This document shows positions 31,818-42,642 of a stretch of 64,000 nucleotides of DNA, piece by piece. A model generated the notes under the pieces. That model worked only from the letters and a program-made list of their open reading frames with translations. It had not been told where the DNA came from and ran no database searches. Numbering within the stretch: the first letter of the stretch is position 1; each line of letters starts with the position of its first letter. A program made the translations under genes and the position numbers. The stretch lies in the NCBI GenBank assembly GCA_030600585.1, contig JAUVLU010000003.1, positions 13,871-77,870 of the forward strand, read 5' to 3'. Origin of the DNA: Candidatus Cloacimonadota bacterium. GTDB lineage: Bacteria; Cloacimonadota; Cloacimonadia; Cloacimonadales; TCS61.

Positions 31818-32651
31818 TTAATCAGTATCCAATTCTAAAACCAGTTGATATATTCTATTTTTTTGTTCACCTGTTTCTTCTGAAACATGTTGTACTGCTG
31901 TTTTTTTTGTTTCTCCATTTTTTATTAATTTAATAAGTTTATCTTTTAGTTCACTATCGCTAATAATTTTTCTTTTAAATCCTTCAACAATGATAACAAA
32001 TTCACCCTTTGCTGTTATTTGTTCAGGTACATCAATAATTTTTTTTAACGTTGTACGATAATAAGTTTCATATATTTTAGAAATTTCTCTAACAACGGTA
32101 ATTTTGCGGTCTCCCAGATGATCGAATAAATATTGGAAGAATTTTTGCAGTTTATGCGGAGCTTCGTAAAAGATCAGAGTATTTTCATAATTTTTAATAT
32201 TTTCAAATAATATATCTCGTGTTTTGTTTTTTTCCGGCAGGAAGCCAATGAACTGAAATCTTTCACAATTTAATCCTGATGCAACGAGAGCAGGAATGAA
32301 AGCAGTTGCACCCGGTAGTACTTCAATTCGGATATCATAATTGATAGCTTCCTTTATAATTATTCCTGAAGGATCGGATATTCCCGGAGTTCCTGCATCG
32401 GAGATAATTGCGATATCTTCACCATTCTGCAATTTACAGATCAATTGATCTACTCGTTTACGTTCATTGAATTTGTGATAACTTATCATTGGCGTATCAA
32501 TATTATAATGATTTAATAATTTTTTTGAATTCCGTGTATCTTCTGCACCTATCACTGTTACTTTTTTTAGAACATCAACGGCTCTAAATGTAATATCTGC
32601 AAGATTCCCGATTGGTGTTGGCACTATAAATAGAATTCCTGTTTTCTTCAT
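31818..32651 (-). CDS. rsmI: 16S rRNA (cytidine1402-2'-O)-methyltransferase
   Basis: VPTPIGNLADIT, AEDTR, SDAGTPGISDP, FYEAPH, REISK. Confidence 0.94.
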   Translation of the reverse strand: MKKTGILFIVPTPIGNLADITFRAVDVLKKVTVIGAEDTRNSKKLLNHYNIDTPMISYHKFNERKRVDQLICKLQNGEDIAIISDAGTPGISDPSGIIIKEAINYDIRIEVLPGATAFIPALVASGLNCERFQFIGFLPEKNKTRDILFENIKNYENTLIFYEAPHKLQKFFQYLFDHLGDRKITVVREISKIYETYYRTTLKKIIDVPEQITAKGEFVIIVEGFKRKIISDSELKDKLIKLIKNGETKKTAVQHVSEETGEQKNRIYQLVLELDTD

Positions 32652-32673
32652 TTAATTTTCTACTTTAATAAAG

Positions 32674-32702
32674 AAAGGAAGCCCCATTTATCAGGGGCTT
32701 CC
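32674..32702 (-). terminator. Terminator after the BMP lipoprotein gene
   Basis: AAAGGAAGCCCC-ATTTATCA-GGGGCTTCC. Confidence 0.7.
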
Positions 32703-32731
32703 AAATTTAATAACAGTTGCAATTTACTAAA

Positions 32732-33748
32732 TTACTTTATCCATTCAGTATATGCATCCGGTGTACTTGGAACAACGATCTCACCGGAAATGATCTTAGC
32801 TTTAAGTTCTTCAACTTCTTCCAAAATCTCAGCGGGAACAAGTTTATCTGATGTAGGAGCGATTCCAACTCCACCTTCTTTTAAACCGTAAACAACAGTC
32901 GTTCCACCAGGGAATTCATCTTTAACTAATAGATCAGCAACATTATAAATTGCATTATCAACTCTTTTCATTGCTGATGTAATAACATGTTCTGGAGCTA
33001 GAGAATTTTGATCTCTATCAACACCAATGGCATATTTATCTTGCTCTTTTGCAGCTTCAATAACACCATCGCCAACACCACCTGCAGCATGATAAACTAT
33101 ATCGGCATCTTTTCCATACATTTGATTTGCAATAGCTTTACCTTTCGCAGCATCTGTAAACGAATCGGCATATTGTGCAAAGATCTCAGCATCAGGATTT
33201 GCTAATTTTACACCGGCTTTGAAACCATATTCAAATTTTTCGATAAGTGGGAATTTCATTCCGCCAACAAAACCAACTTTATTGGTTTTTGTCATTTTAC
33301 CTGCAATGTAGCCAACCAGGAATGATGGTTCTTGCTCTTTAAAAACAACACCAACTACATTTACCGGAGTCTCATCGCCATATGCATAGTCAATGATAGC
33401 ATATTTTTGATCTGGATTTGCCAGAGCTTTTTCTTTAATTGTGTCACCCATTTTAAAACCAATACCCCAAATCACATCATTTCCGGCATCAAGCAAAGTT
33501 TCCATATTAGGTGCATAATCCGCATCCTGAGTTGACTCAAGATAACTAACTGCAATTCCAAAATCTTCTTCAGATTTTTTTAATCCTTCCCATGCAGATT
33601 GATTAAATGATTGATCGTTAATTCCACCAACATCAGTTACCATCGCAATTTTAAGACCTGATTCTTTTTTTGCCTGTCCACAACTAACAACAGACATTAC
33701 GAATAGTGCAAGAACAAAAATCGTAATAATTCGTTTTAACATTTGCAT
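32732..33748 (-). CDS. BMP family (nucleoside) ABC transporter substrate-binding lipoprotein
   Basis: Lipobox VVSC, DVGGINDQSFNQ, AAGGVG, GVDRDQ; start moved to the ATG after the GAAAGGAG RBS. Confidence 0.9.
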   Translation of the reverse strand: MQMLKRIITIFVLALFVMSVVSCGQAKKESGLKIAMVTDVGGINDQSFNQSAWEGLKKSEEDFGIAVSYLESTQDADYAPNMETLLDAGNDVIWGIGFKMGDTIKEKALANPDQKYAIIDYAYGDETPVNVVGVVFKEQEPSFLVGYIAGKMTKTNKVGFVGGMKFPLIEKFEYGFKAGVKLANPDAEIFAQYADSFTDAAKGKAIANQMYGKDADIVYHAAGGVGDGVIEAAKEQDKYAIGVDRDQNSLAPEHVITSAMKRVDNAIYNVADLLVKDEFPGGTTVVYGLKEGGVGIAPTSDKLVPAEILEEVEELKAKIISGEIVVPSTPDAYTEWIK

Positions 33749-33841
33749 CTCCTTTCCTATTTTTTTAAAGCTACTTATCAGCAGCATTTTTTTCACTATC
33801 CAAAACACTTTTATTACGCTTTTAATGTCAAGTGATAAACA

Positions 33842-34792
33842 TTAATTTTTATGTTCCTTCTCATATGGGATACCGTCAGCCGATGGTGCAGCAGATTTTC
33901 CAACGAATCCTATAAGCACAACAATTGTTATCACATAAGGCAACATACTTATCAACTGAGAAGATATTTCAAAATCAAATTGTCCCAGGAATACTGCTAA
34001 ACCCTGAGATCCTCCAAAGAGAAGACACGCCAGTAAAGCTCCCTGCGGTTTCCATTTCCCGAATATCATAGCTGCAAGTGCAATAAAACCATGACCTGAT
34101 ATTAAAGTAGGTCTAAAATTTGATACAATTGCCAAACTCATTGCAGCTCCACCGAAACCGGCAAAAACACCTGACATAATTACAGCAAAATAACGGATTT
34201 TCATAACGTTTATTCCCAGAGTATCGGCTGCTGTAGGATGTTCTCCCACAGATATTAATCTTAAACCGTATTTTGTTTTATACAGAAAGAACCAGAACAA
34301 GAAAACCATGATTAATGCCAGATAAACCGTTGCATATTGATTATCAAAAATTATATTCAATAACGACCCTTCCGGAAAAATCCCGTTTAATGGTCTTGGC
34401 ATTTTATTATCAAGTGAAATGGATTTTGTCATTGTAGCACCCTCGAAGAATATACGGCTGAGGAATAAGGCAATACCCGGACCCAGAAAATTAATGGCAA
34501 TCCCGGAAACAATCTGATTTGCACCGAATGTAACACATGCAAATGCATGAAGAAGTCCAAATAAACCACCTGCAACTCCTGCACCAATAAAAGCGAGCCA
34601 TGGGTTTCCTATAAAGTACCCTAAAGCTGCTCCAATAAAAGCGCCAATAACCATCATTCCTTCCAAACCGATATTGATCACACCTGAATTTTCTGAGATT
34701 ACTCCACCGAGCGAGGTAAATACAAGGGGGGTTGAATACATTAAAGTTGTGGCAATTATCATAGCAAGATTAGTTAATATTGTATCTATCAT
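33842..34792 (-). CDS. Nucleoside ABC transporter permease
   Basis: SENSGVINIGLEG, GEHPTAADTLG, GFIALAAMIFG. Confidence 0.9.
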   Translation of the reverse strand: MIDTILTNLAMIIATTLMYSTPLVFTSLGGVISENSGVINIGLEGMMVIGAFIGAALGYFIGNPWLAFIGAGVAGGLFGLLHAFACVTFGANQIVSGIAINFLGPGIALFLSRIFFEGATMTKSISLDNKMPRPLNGIFPEGSLLNIIFDNQYATVYLALIMVFLFWFFLYKTKYGLRLISVGEHPTAADTLGINVMKIRYFAVIMSGVFAGFGGAAMSLAIVSNFRPTLISGHGFIALAAMIFGKWKPQGALLACLLFGGSQGLAVFLGQFDFEISSQLISMLPYVITIVVLIGFVGKSAAPSADGIPYEKEHKN

Positions 34793-35931
34793 TTTGTACC
34801 CCCTTTTTTATTTTTTCTTGATAATATTAATTTAATTAATCTTGGGATCGAGATGAAAAAAACTATGGAACCAATTACAATACTTACAACTTCAGAAGGT
34901 GCTTGCATAAATGGTTGAATTTTTGCGCCTCCATACTTCAGTGCCCCAAATAATAATCCTGCCAATATGCATCCCAATGCATTACTGTTAGCTATCAAGG
35001 CAACGGCAATACCATCGAAACCATAACCTTCCATTGCTGCAATAAGTGTTACCTTGTGAGATACTCCAACAACCTGCAAAGCTCCTGCCAGACCTGCCAG
35101 TGCACCAGCTATAAACATTGAGATGATCATATTCTTATTTACATTTATCCCACCATACTCTGCTGCAAATCTATTAAATCCAACTGCGCGTAATCTATAG
35201 CCAAGAGCAGTCTTATTTAAAACGAACCAAACTAATACAGCCATTATAATTGCAATTATAAAACCCCAATTCGCCGGTGTTCTCAATAAATCCTTCCAGA
35301 ATGGATGCTGTAATAACCATTCACGACCGGCAGCAGATTGTTTCCATGTTTTTAAGATCATCATATTTGCGGTTGGCTGGATAGAGTAGGAAGTTTCTCC
35401 TCCGGGTTTCTGGAATCCTTCTGTATAGATAAGGAAATTTTGGAAATACAGCGCTACCCAGTTAAGCATAATTGTCGATATTACTTCATGAACTCCAAAT
35501 TTTGCTTTGAAATATCCGGCAAGTCCACCCCATATCCCTGCGGCAAGAACCGCTGAAATTATCACTACAGGAATATGTATTAACAAAGGTAAATGTAGGA
35601 AATAGCCGGTAGCTGTAGCAACAACAGAACCGATAATGAATTGTCCTTCAGCCCCGATATTGAATAAACCTGTTTTAAAAGCAAATGCTATGGAAAGTCC
35701 GGTTAAGATCAAAGGAGTAGCACGGATGATCGTATAAGAGATATAACTTGGTTTAGAGAAGATACCACGCAATATTATTCCATAAGCCTGAAATGGATTA
35801 AATCCGGCAGCTGTAAGAAATATTGCACCAACCACAAGACCGAGGAAAATTGATATTAAGGTGAATCCAACTGTTTTTTCAGTGGCAAAGATGTAGATTG
35901 TTTTTCTCAATTCTTTCCAATTTAGTTTCAT
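34789..35931 (-). CDS. Nucleoside ABC transporter permease
   Basis: FNIGAEGQ, HEVISTIMLN, GYGFDGIAVAL. Confidence 0.9.
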   Translation of the reverse strand: MKLNWKELRKTIYIFATEKTVGFTLISIFLGLVVGAIFLTAAGFNPFQAYGIILRGIFSKPSYISYTIIRATPLILTGLSIAFAFKTGLFNIGAEGQFIIGSVVATATGYFLHLPLLIHIPVVIISAVLAAGIWGGLAGYFKAKFGVHEVISTIMLNWVALYFQNFLIYTEGFQKPGGETSYSIQPTANMMILKTWKQSAAGREWLLQHPFWKDLLRTPANWGFIIAIIMAVLVWFVLNKTALGYRLRAVGFNRFAAEYGGINVNKNMIISMFIAGALAGLAGALQVVGVSHKVTLIAAMEGYGFDGIAVALIANSNALGCILAGLLFGALKYGGAKIQPFMQAPSEVVSIVIGSIVFFISIPRLIKLILSRKNKKGGTK

Positions 35932-37469
35932 TTATTGCCCCCGCCTGCCATCATCAGTCCCAACTTTTCAACTTCAGCATCTTTTGCATCCACAATTCCA
36001 ACAATTTTTCCTTCGTAGATCACGGCAATTCTATCCGATACATTCATAACTTCATCCAGTTCAAAAGAAATCAATAAAACTGCTTTCTCATTATCCCGTT
36101 GTTCAATTAATGATTTATGAACAAATTCAATTGCGCCTACATCAAGACCTCTTGTTGGTTGAGCTGCTATAAGTAGATCAGGATCATTTGTTATTTCTCT
36201 CGCTACGATCACCTTCTGCTGATTACCACCGGAAAGAGTTCTTGCCATCTTAGATGCCTTTTTGGGACGAATATCAAATTTATCGATCAACTCATTTGCA
36301 TAAACATTTATGTTATTATATTGAAGAATTCCCTTTTTTGAGAATGGCTTTTTATAGTAATTCTCTAAAATTGTATTTTCCGAAATATCAAAATCTAAAA
36401 CCAAACCTCGTTTCTGCCTATCTTCAGGAATATGAGCTATTTTATTGTTTATTATTTGGAAAGGTGTCTTGTTTGTAATATCATTTCCATTGATCTTAAT
36501 TTCACCGGATTCAATTTTTCTAAGACCTGTTATTGCTTCCAGTAATTCGGTTTGTCCATTCCCATCGATTCCGGCTAACCCAAGTATTTCACCTTTTTTA
36601 ACAGAAAGGTTAAGTTTATCAACTGTAATAATATTACGATTATCCTTAACTACAAGATCTTTGATCGAGAATATTTCATCACCAGCTTTTTTGTCTTTTT
36701 TATCAACTACAAAACTTACTTCCCTTCCAACCATTTTTGAAGCTAATTCTTCTTCGGTTGTCTCGGAAACCACAACTGTATCAATATGTTTACCACGTCT
36801 TATGATCATACAAAAATCAGCAGCTTCTTTTATTTCTTTTAATTTATGACTGATAAGAATAATTGATTTTCCTTCTTTTGTAAGATTCTTTATTATCTGT
36901 ATCAATTCGATGATCTCTTGTGGTGTGAGAACGGCTGTCGGCTCATCCAGAATCAAAATTTCGGCACCACGATATAATGCTTTTAAAATTTCTACTCTTT
37001 GCTGCATGCTAACAGATATATCTTCGATCTTAGCATTAGGATCTACATAAAGCCCATAGCGTTCGGAAATTTCCTTAACATCCTTTAGTGCTTTCTTCAT
37101 ATTTAGAACACTCATTTTTGAAATTGGTTCTCTGCCTAAAATAATATTTTGAGCTACTGTGAAAGGTTTTATAAGCATAAAATGTTGATGAACCATTCCA
37201 ATCCCGTGTTCTATGGCAATGTTGGGATTTGTGATATTTACTTTTTCCCCGTTTATAAATATTTCACCTGAGGTAGAATAATACAAGCCGTATAATATGT
37301 TCATCAAGGTAGATTTTCCGGCTCCATTTTCGCCAAGCAGTGCATGAACTTTTCCTTTGAAGATATCGAGATTTACAGAATCTAATGCTACAAAATCACC
37401 AAATTTTTTGGTGATGTTCTTCATTTCGATCACCTTTGTGAGTGATCGTGTTGCATTTTTATATCCCAT
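35928..37469 (-). CDS. Nucleoside/sugar ABC transporter ATP-binding protein (two ABC domains)
   Basis: GENGAGKST, LDEPT, LSGGNQQK, QPTRGLD; start at the ATG after GGGAG. Confidence 0.92.
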   Translation of the reverse strand: MGYKNATRSLTKVIEMKNITKKFGDFVALDSVNLDIFKGKVHALLGENGAGKSTLMNILYGLYYSTSGEIFINGEKVNITNPNIAIEHGIGMVHQHFMLIKPFTVAQNIILGREPISKMSVLNMKKALKDVKEISERYGLYVDPNAKIEDISVSMQQRVEILKALYRGAEILILDEPTAVLTPQEIIELIQIIKNLTKEGKSIILISHKLKEIKEAADFCMIIRRGKHIDTVVVSETTEEELASKMVGREVSFVVDKKDKKAGDEIFSIKDLVVKDNRNIITVDKLNLSVKKGEILGLAGIDGNGQTELLEAITGLRKIESGEIKINGNDITNKTPFQIINNKIAHIPEDRQKRGLVLDFDISENTILENYYKKPFSKKGILQYNNINVYANELIDKFDIRPKKASKMARTLSGGNQQKVIVAREITNDPDLLIAAQPTRGLDVGAIEFVHKSLIEQRDNEKAVLLISFELDEVMNVSDRIAVIYEGKIVGIVDAKDAEVEKLGLMMAGGGNK

Positions 37470-37552
37470 ATAACACTCCCTGTATATAATGTGATATTCA
37501 TTTGATTTTACAAATCGATGTGTCAAGAACTAAAAAATGTGAAGCAGATTTT

Positions 37553-37587
37553 AAAAAAAAATGGCTCAAAATATTTTGAGCCATTTG
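37553..37587 (-). terminator. Terminator after kbl
   Basis: A-run, AAATGGCTCAAAA-T-ATTTTGAGCCATTT. Confidence 0.75.
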
Positions 37588-37660
37588 TAATATCAGGATA
37601 AATCCTAAGTAATATTTTTTATCCTAATAACCAATTTTTCTAAAAAAATTAAATGAAGTA

Positions 37661-38887
37661 TTACATCTCCTTATAATTTTTAAGGATTTCCAATACTTTA
37701 TCAATATCAGCTTCAGTATGATCTGCATTTACCTGGAATCTGATCTCTTCATCTCCTTTTGGAACTACCGGAAAATTGAGACCTGTTCCCAAAACACCAT
37801 TCTTTGTAAGATAATTAACCAGTTTTGTGGTTTCCGCTGTATCGCGAACCATCAGTGGAACAACCGGATGCGGTCCCTCGATCGTTTCAAATCCTAAAGA
37901 AGTTAATCCGTCTTCAAATTTTTTGGTCATAGCTGCAAGGTGTTCCAATCTTTTAACTCCGACTTCGCTATCAATAATTTCTAAAACTTTTAGAGTAGCT
38001 ACAGCTTCGGAACAAGTTATCGGATTGGAATAAATATACATTGGCGCAGACTCACGCAGATAATCTAATACAGTTTTGGAAGCTACTACATAACCACCAT
38101 TCACACCAAAAGCTTTTCCTAAAGTTCCAATAAGAATATCTACTTTCGCACCTGTGAATTCTTCGGTTCCTCTACCGGTTTTTCCAAAAGCTCCAACACC
38201 GTGAGAATCATCGGCGATCGTGATAACTCCTTCCTCGAATTTATCATCGAATTTAGCACATATTTCCGTAAGTTCATTTAATGGAGAATAATCTCCCCGC
38301 ATACTAAATATACCATCTGTAATGACCAAACAGCGCTTTCCTTTCCCAACAGCTTCATTTAGCTTTGCTTCCAGATCGTTCATATCATTGTGTTTAAAGA
38401 TCATCTTTGCAGCCGGACGTGAAAGCCGCATTGCCTGAATAATACAATTATGATTCAGCGCATCGGAAACGACAACTGTTTCTTTTGTTGTGAGCGGATA
38501 AATTACTCCGAGACTTGTAACATAAGCAGAACTGAATATCATTCCGGCTTCGCGCTGGTGAAATTCTGCAAGTTTCTTTTCCAGAGCTATATGTGGAGTA
38601 TGAGTTCCACTAATAAATCGAACGGCTCCTGGTCCCACACCGAATTTTTGAGCTGCTGCTTCTTCAGCTTCGATAACTTCGGGATTCATCGACATTCCAA
38701 GATAGGAATTTGCATTCATTTTAATGAATTCCTGCTCTCCGTATCCTACTAAATTGTAACGTGGTCCAAATTCACCTTTCGCTTCTTTTATTTCACTAAT
38801 AACCAGTTCCGCACCTTTATCTCTTCCGGTAGTACGTAATTCTTCGAGATTTTTATTAAGTGCGGCATTTAATCTTTTGAGTGCCAT
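37661..38887 (-). CDS. kbl: Glycine C-acetyltransferase (2-amino-3-ketobutyrate CoA ligase)
   Basis: ANSYLG, VRFISGT, SDALNH, DGIFSM, ADDSH, GTLGKA (PLP Lys); linked to an SDR-type threonine dehydrogenase. Confidence 0.85.
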   Translation of the reverse strand: MALKRLNAALNKNLEELRTTGRDKGAELVISEIKEAKGEFGPRYNLVGYGEQEFIKMNANSYLGMSMNPEVIEAEEAAAQKFGVGPGAVRFISGTHTPHIALEKKLAEFHQREAGMIFSSAYVTSLGVIYPLTTKETVVVSDALNHNCIIQAMRLSRPAAKMIFKHNDMNDLEAKLNEAVGKGKRCLVITDGIFSMRGDYSPLNELTEICAKFDDKFEEGVITIADDSHGVGAFGKTGRGTEEFTGAKVDILIGTLGKAFGVNGGYVVASKTVLDYLRESAPMYIYSNPITCSEAVATLKVLEIIDSEVGVKRLEHLAAMTKKFEDGLTSLGFETIEGPHPVVPLMVRDTAETTKLVNYLTKNGVLGTGLNFPVVPKGDEEIRFQVNADHTEADIDKVLEILKNYKEM

Positions 38888-38905
38888 AATTTCCTCTCTT
38901 ATTAT

Positions 38906-39280
38906 TTATTTTTCTATTATAACTATAGCTGTTGCTATTTGTTTTATATGAGATAATGAAACTTGAATATTATTAAGATCATTATCCAACATTATTTGTT
39001 TTGCTTTTCCACGCAAATAAACCTTTGGTCTTCCTTTTTCATCATTCAAAATTTCAATATCTGTAAATTGTAAACCTTCGCTCCAACCGGTTCCGATAGC
39101 TTTTAAAAATGCTTCTTTAGCTGCGAAGCGAGCTGCAAAGCTTTCGGCGTAGTTCTTCTTAGATTCACAATATTCGATCTCGTTCAAAGTAAATATTTTT
39201 TCTTTAAACTTATTATTACCATCGATTTGATGTTTAATCCTTTTTACTTCGATGTTATCGATACCGATACCGTAGATCAT
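38906..39280 (-). CDS. acpS: Holo-ACP synthase
   Basis: GIGID, AARFAAKEA, GRP, VSLSH. Confidence 0.94.
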   Translation of the reverse strand: MIYGIGIDNIEVKRIKHQIDGNNKFKEKIFTLNEIEYCESKKNYAESFAARFAAKEAFLKAIGTGWSEGLQFTDIEILNDEKGRPKVYLRGKAKQIMLDNDLNNIQVSLSHIKQIATAIVIIEK

Positions 39281-39323
39281 TTTTTTACTATGAAATTACT
39301 TAAGATACAAAGGAAATATTTCA

Positions 39324-40055
39324 TTATTCTACTAGAACATCTCCATGCCAATGCTGATCTTGAGATATATGAAAAACAACTCTGTAGATATTACTAACAT
39401 TTGCAGGTGGTTGAAATGTTTTATAGTGATCATTTCCTGCTTGAAATAATTCTTTGTTACACAATACATTGATAATATCATGGTCATTGTTTATAATAAC
39501 AATTGTAACATAATGTTCTTCTTCAAGAGTAAATGGAATGTTACAATACAAATCGGCAGGATTCGGAAAGCCCGGACCGAATGTTGTTCCTACAATTCCT
39601 TCTCCAAAATTCCAGTCATCATCATCAATGTTACCACCATCAACGAGTTCACCTTGAATATCTGTCTCAGTAATTTCTTCAAAATTTAGTAGATCTTCCT
39701 CAAAGATCGGACAAGGTGAAAAGAAAACGGTTATTTCATCTCGGCTTGTTTTCTCGTCATAGTGTCCTACAGCTTTTACTGTGTGATTCTCATAACTTAA
39801 TGTAGCCGTATTCCAAGTGTATTCAAATGGTTCTATATTATCTTCAAAGACCTCTTCCCCATCGATATAAAAAACAATTTTATCAAGGTCATCGATTTTT
39901 GTTGCAGTTGCAGAAATCAATATTTCATTTTCCCAGATAAAATCTTCTACAGATGGAGTTATTGTGATTACAACATCTCCTGGATTCATAATGTTTTCAC
40001 AAGAAAGTATGAATATACAACTTATAAGAATAAAAATCCATTTTATAAATCTCAT
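39324..40055 (-). CDS. Lipoprotein with an Ig-like domain
   Basis: Lipobox ILSC; VFYIDG...PFEYTWNT; GFPNP-type C-terminal domain. Confidence 0.65.
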   Translation of the reverse strand: MRFIKWIFILISCIFILSCENIMNPGDVVITITPSVEDFIWENEILISATATKIDDLDKIVFYIDGEEVFEDNIEPFEYTWNTATLSYENHTVKAVGHYDEKTSRDEITVFFSPCPIFEEDLLNFEEITETDIQGELVDGGNIDDDDWNFGEGIVGTTFGPGFPNPADLYCNIPFTLEEEHYVTIVIINNDHDIINVLCNKELFQAGNDHYKTFQPPANVSNIYRVVFHISQDQHWHGDVLVE

Positions 40056-40069
40056 AATTCCTCCTCGAA

Positions 40070-41020
40070 TTATTTAAGTTTTTTACTTAGCACATTCAGC
40101 ATATCTTCCGTCATTTTAGGAAGATCATAATCGTAATTCCAGCCCCACTCTTTTTGGGCAGCAGAATCATCCATTTTATTAGGCCAGCTTTCTGCAATAG
40201 CCTGCCGCACTTCATCTATATCATAATTCAATTCAAATTCGGGAATATGCTTACGAATTTCCGCAGCTAATATTTCCGGATCGAAACTCATTGTTGTAAC
40301 ATTAAAAGCGTTTCTATGAATAAGTTTGGAAGGATCTGCTTCCATAATGTCAACAGCCGCTTTTAAAGCATCCGGCATATACATCATGTCGAGGAAAGTT
40401 CCGGCTTTAAGGAAACAGGTATATTGTTTCTTTTTTATTGCTTCATAATATATATCTACTGCATAATCGGTTGTACCGCCGCCGGGCAGAGTTTCATTAG
40501 AAATAATACCCGGATATCTCACTCCACGTGTATCGACATTAAATCTTTTGTAATAATAATCGCAAAGTAATTCTCCGGCAACTTTTGTTACGCCATACAT
40601 TGTGTTGGGTCGTTGAATTGTATCTTGAGGTGTATCGTCCGGTGGTGTGGAAGGACCGAAAGCACCGATTGAACTTGGAGTAAATACAGCACAATTATAT
40701 TCACGTGCAACTTCCAGAACATTATACAAACCATTGATATTCACATCCCAAGCTAAATTTGGTTTTGCTTCTGCAACTGCCGAAAGTATGGCTGCTAAAT
40801 GGTAAATAGTATCGATATCGTATTTCTTCACGACATCCGCAACTTGATGTGCTTCAGTGCAATTCACGATTTCGAAAGGACCTGATTCGAGCAGTTTTCC
40901 AGTGGGTTTAGTTCTGTTGCCGCCGGCTACTACGTTGTCATTTCCATAAAGCTCTCTTAACAGCATTGTTAATTCTGAACCAATCTGACCGACTGAACCT
41001 GTTACTAATATTTTTTTCAT
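40070..41020 (-). CDS. tdh: L-threonine 3-dehydrogenase (NAD-dependent epimerase/SDR type)
   Basis: VTGSVGQIG, HLAAILSA, PSSIGAFG, YGVTK, PGGGTTDY; upstream of kbl. Confidence 0.85.
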   Translation of the reverse strand: MKKILVTGSVGQIGSELTMLLRELYGNDNVVAGGNRTKPTGKLLESGPFEIVNCTEAHQVADVVKKYDIDTIYHLAAILSAVAEAKPNLAWDVNINGLYNVLEVAREYNCAVFTPSSIGAFGPSTPPDDTPQDTIQRPNTMYGVTKVAGELLCDYYYKRFNVDTRGVRYPGIISNETLPGGGTTDYAVDIYYEAIKKKQYTCFLKAGTFLDMMYMPDALKAAVDIMEADPSKLIHRNAFNVTTMSFDPEILAAEIRKHIPEFELNYDIDEVRQAIAESWPNKMDDSAAQKEWGWNYDYDLPKMTEDMLNVLSKKLK

Positions 41021-41219
41021 AATATCTCCAAAGCAATTTTTTTGGAAAAAATGTTTTTAGGCTTTATTTTGTCAATTAGAAATTGGACTTACACATAATT
41101 GTAGGATTGAAACAATTTTTACATACATAAATTATAAAAGAAATGATAAGAATTTGATAATTGGAGCCGTTGCCAAACCATAATATCAAAACAAATTTTC
41201 CACCTTACTTTTCCATTTG

Positions 41220-42413
41220 CTAATCAGAAAAAGAATACTGTTCAGCATTTCTAAAACTCACACCCCATTCAACTACATAAAACCCTTCTCGTTTGAAATC
41301 AGGTATCTCGGGTTCAGATAAAATTATAGAGTCATCTTGCTGCCCTTCTAACGCATATATCAAACGCAAGAGATTATCAGGTTTTATCGAAAATTCCAGT
41401 TCAACCATTTTACTAAGCTGTTCATTATATTGAGGATAGATTGCATAACATGGATGATCTGTTAATAATGGAATCCAGTAATCTGTGAAATCAATTATTT
41501 CCTGCCCCTCAAAACCTGTCTCAGTTAGATTCTGAATGAAGAAATTTTCCAAATCTTTCTGTGCAACAATCCAACCTTCTTCATATTGACAAAGATCTGG
41601 ATTTTGACTCTCATAAAATAGAAAGGAGAATTCATTGTTAATTTTTCCAGAGGATTCAATGCTGAGATTTTTCCATCCTCCTTTATAATTCGGTATCGAA
41701 GCAGTAACCTCTCCTCCGTGTGGAAAAATAATATTCACATCGAGATCCATTTGCTCTTCCGGATAAATGTAGATGTTTGGTTTTTCTTCATAACTTACAC
41801 CTATTACAATATAATCATCATAAAAACTATCAATATTGAATTCCTCAAAATATTCCGGGTCAAAAAAATCAGCTTCACATACTTGGTAATTTCCGAAAGC
41901 GATATCGATATCAAAATAACCGTTTGAAGATGTTGTAATGCTATCTACAACAACACTATCCTGCAAAATGTAGAATTCATAATTTGTAAATGGAATATGA
42001 GAAGTAGTATAAATAGTGCCGCAAACTTCACCAGGAATCACAGGAGTAAAACCACCGCTGGCATTGATCATTAATGTATCAAGGTAATTTCCCTGAGCAA
42101 ATTGAGTATAATAATCTGCTTTCTTTGCCCAAACAATGTAACTGCGTGAAATTTCTTCTTCTCCTTGATCAGGAATTACAGGATAAATAATATTCACAAA
42201 TTTATCTAGTGTTATTTGAGAATCATCAGGTAAATTTAAAATATATGTTTGAGAATCATCAGTCTCATCCAACACTTCTTCATAGATCAGGTTATCTGTG
42301 TAATACACATGTAGCCAAGCATATTTAGCATCTTCCGGATCTATAGTACGAGTGTCACATCCAAAAAGAGAAAATAAAACTGCAATAATTAAGATATTTT
42401 TCCACATAATCAT
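41220..42413 (-). CDS. Lipoprotein of unknown function with a C-terminal KPxIYxYP-type domain
   Basis: Lipobox LFGC; EKPNIYIYP...LFYE...DFTDYW...VVEWG. Confidence 0.65.
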   Translation of the reverse strand: MIMWKNILIIAVLFSLFGCDTRTIDPEDAKYAWLHVYYTDNLIYEEVLDETDDSQTYILNLPDDSQITLDKFVNIIYPVIPDQGEEEISRSYIVWAKKADYYTQFAQGNYLDTLMINASGGFTPVIPGEVCGTIYTTSHIPFTNYEFYILQDSVVVDSITTSSNGYFDIDIAFGNYQVCEADFFDPEYFEEFNIDSFYDDYIVIGVSYEEKPNIYIYPEEQMDLDVNIIFPHGGEVTASIPNYKGGWKNLSIESSGKINNEFSFLFYESQNPDLCQYEEGWIVAQKDLENFFIQNLTETGFEGQEIIDFTDYWIPLLTDHPCYAIYPQYNEQLSKMVELEFSIKPDNLLRLIYALEGQQDDSIILSEPEIPDFKREGFYVVEWGVSFRNAEQYSFSD

Positions 42414-42642
42414 CCTCCAAAATTTTGCTTAATCTAAATATACATTAATTTCGTATATAGAGTCATTGGAAGTCAAGAAAAAAGAAATTTTCAACTAAAG
42501 AATATTTTTCTTGTATAATAAACCTGCCTAAAATTTATGACTTTAATAATTAATAAATTAAATTATTAATCTATAAATATTTATTTTTCAATTTGTTAAA
42601 CTTCAAATGAATTATTGATATTAAGAAGAAAAAGAGGTAGAA

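Noticed and set aside
38906-40055. acpS and a lipoprotein between tdh and kbl as a novel pathway
   Set aside because: No mechanistic link is visible; most simply operon shuffling.
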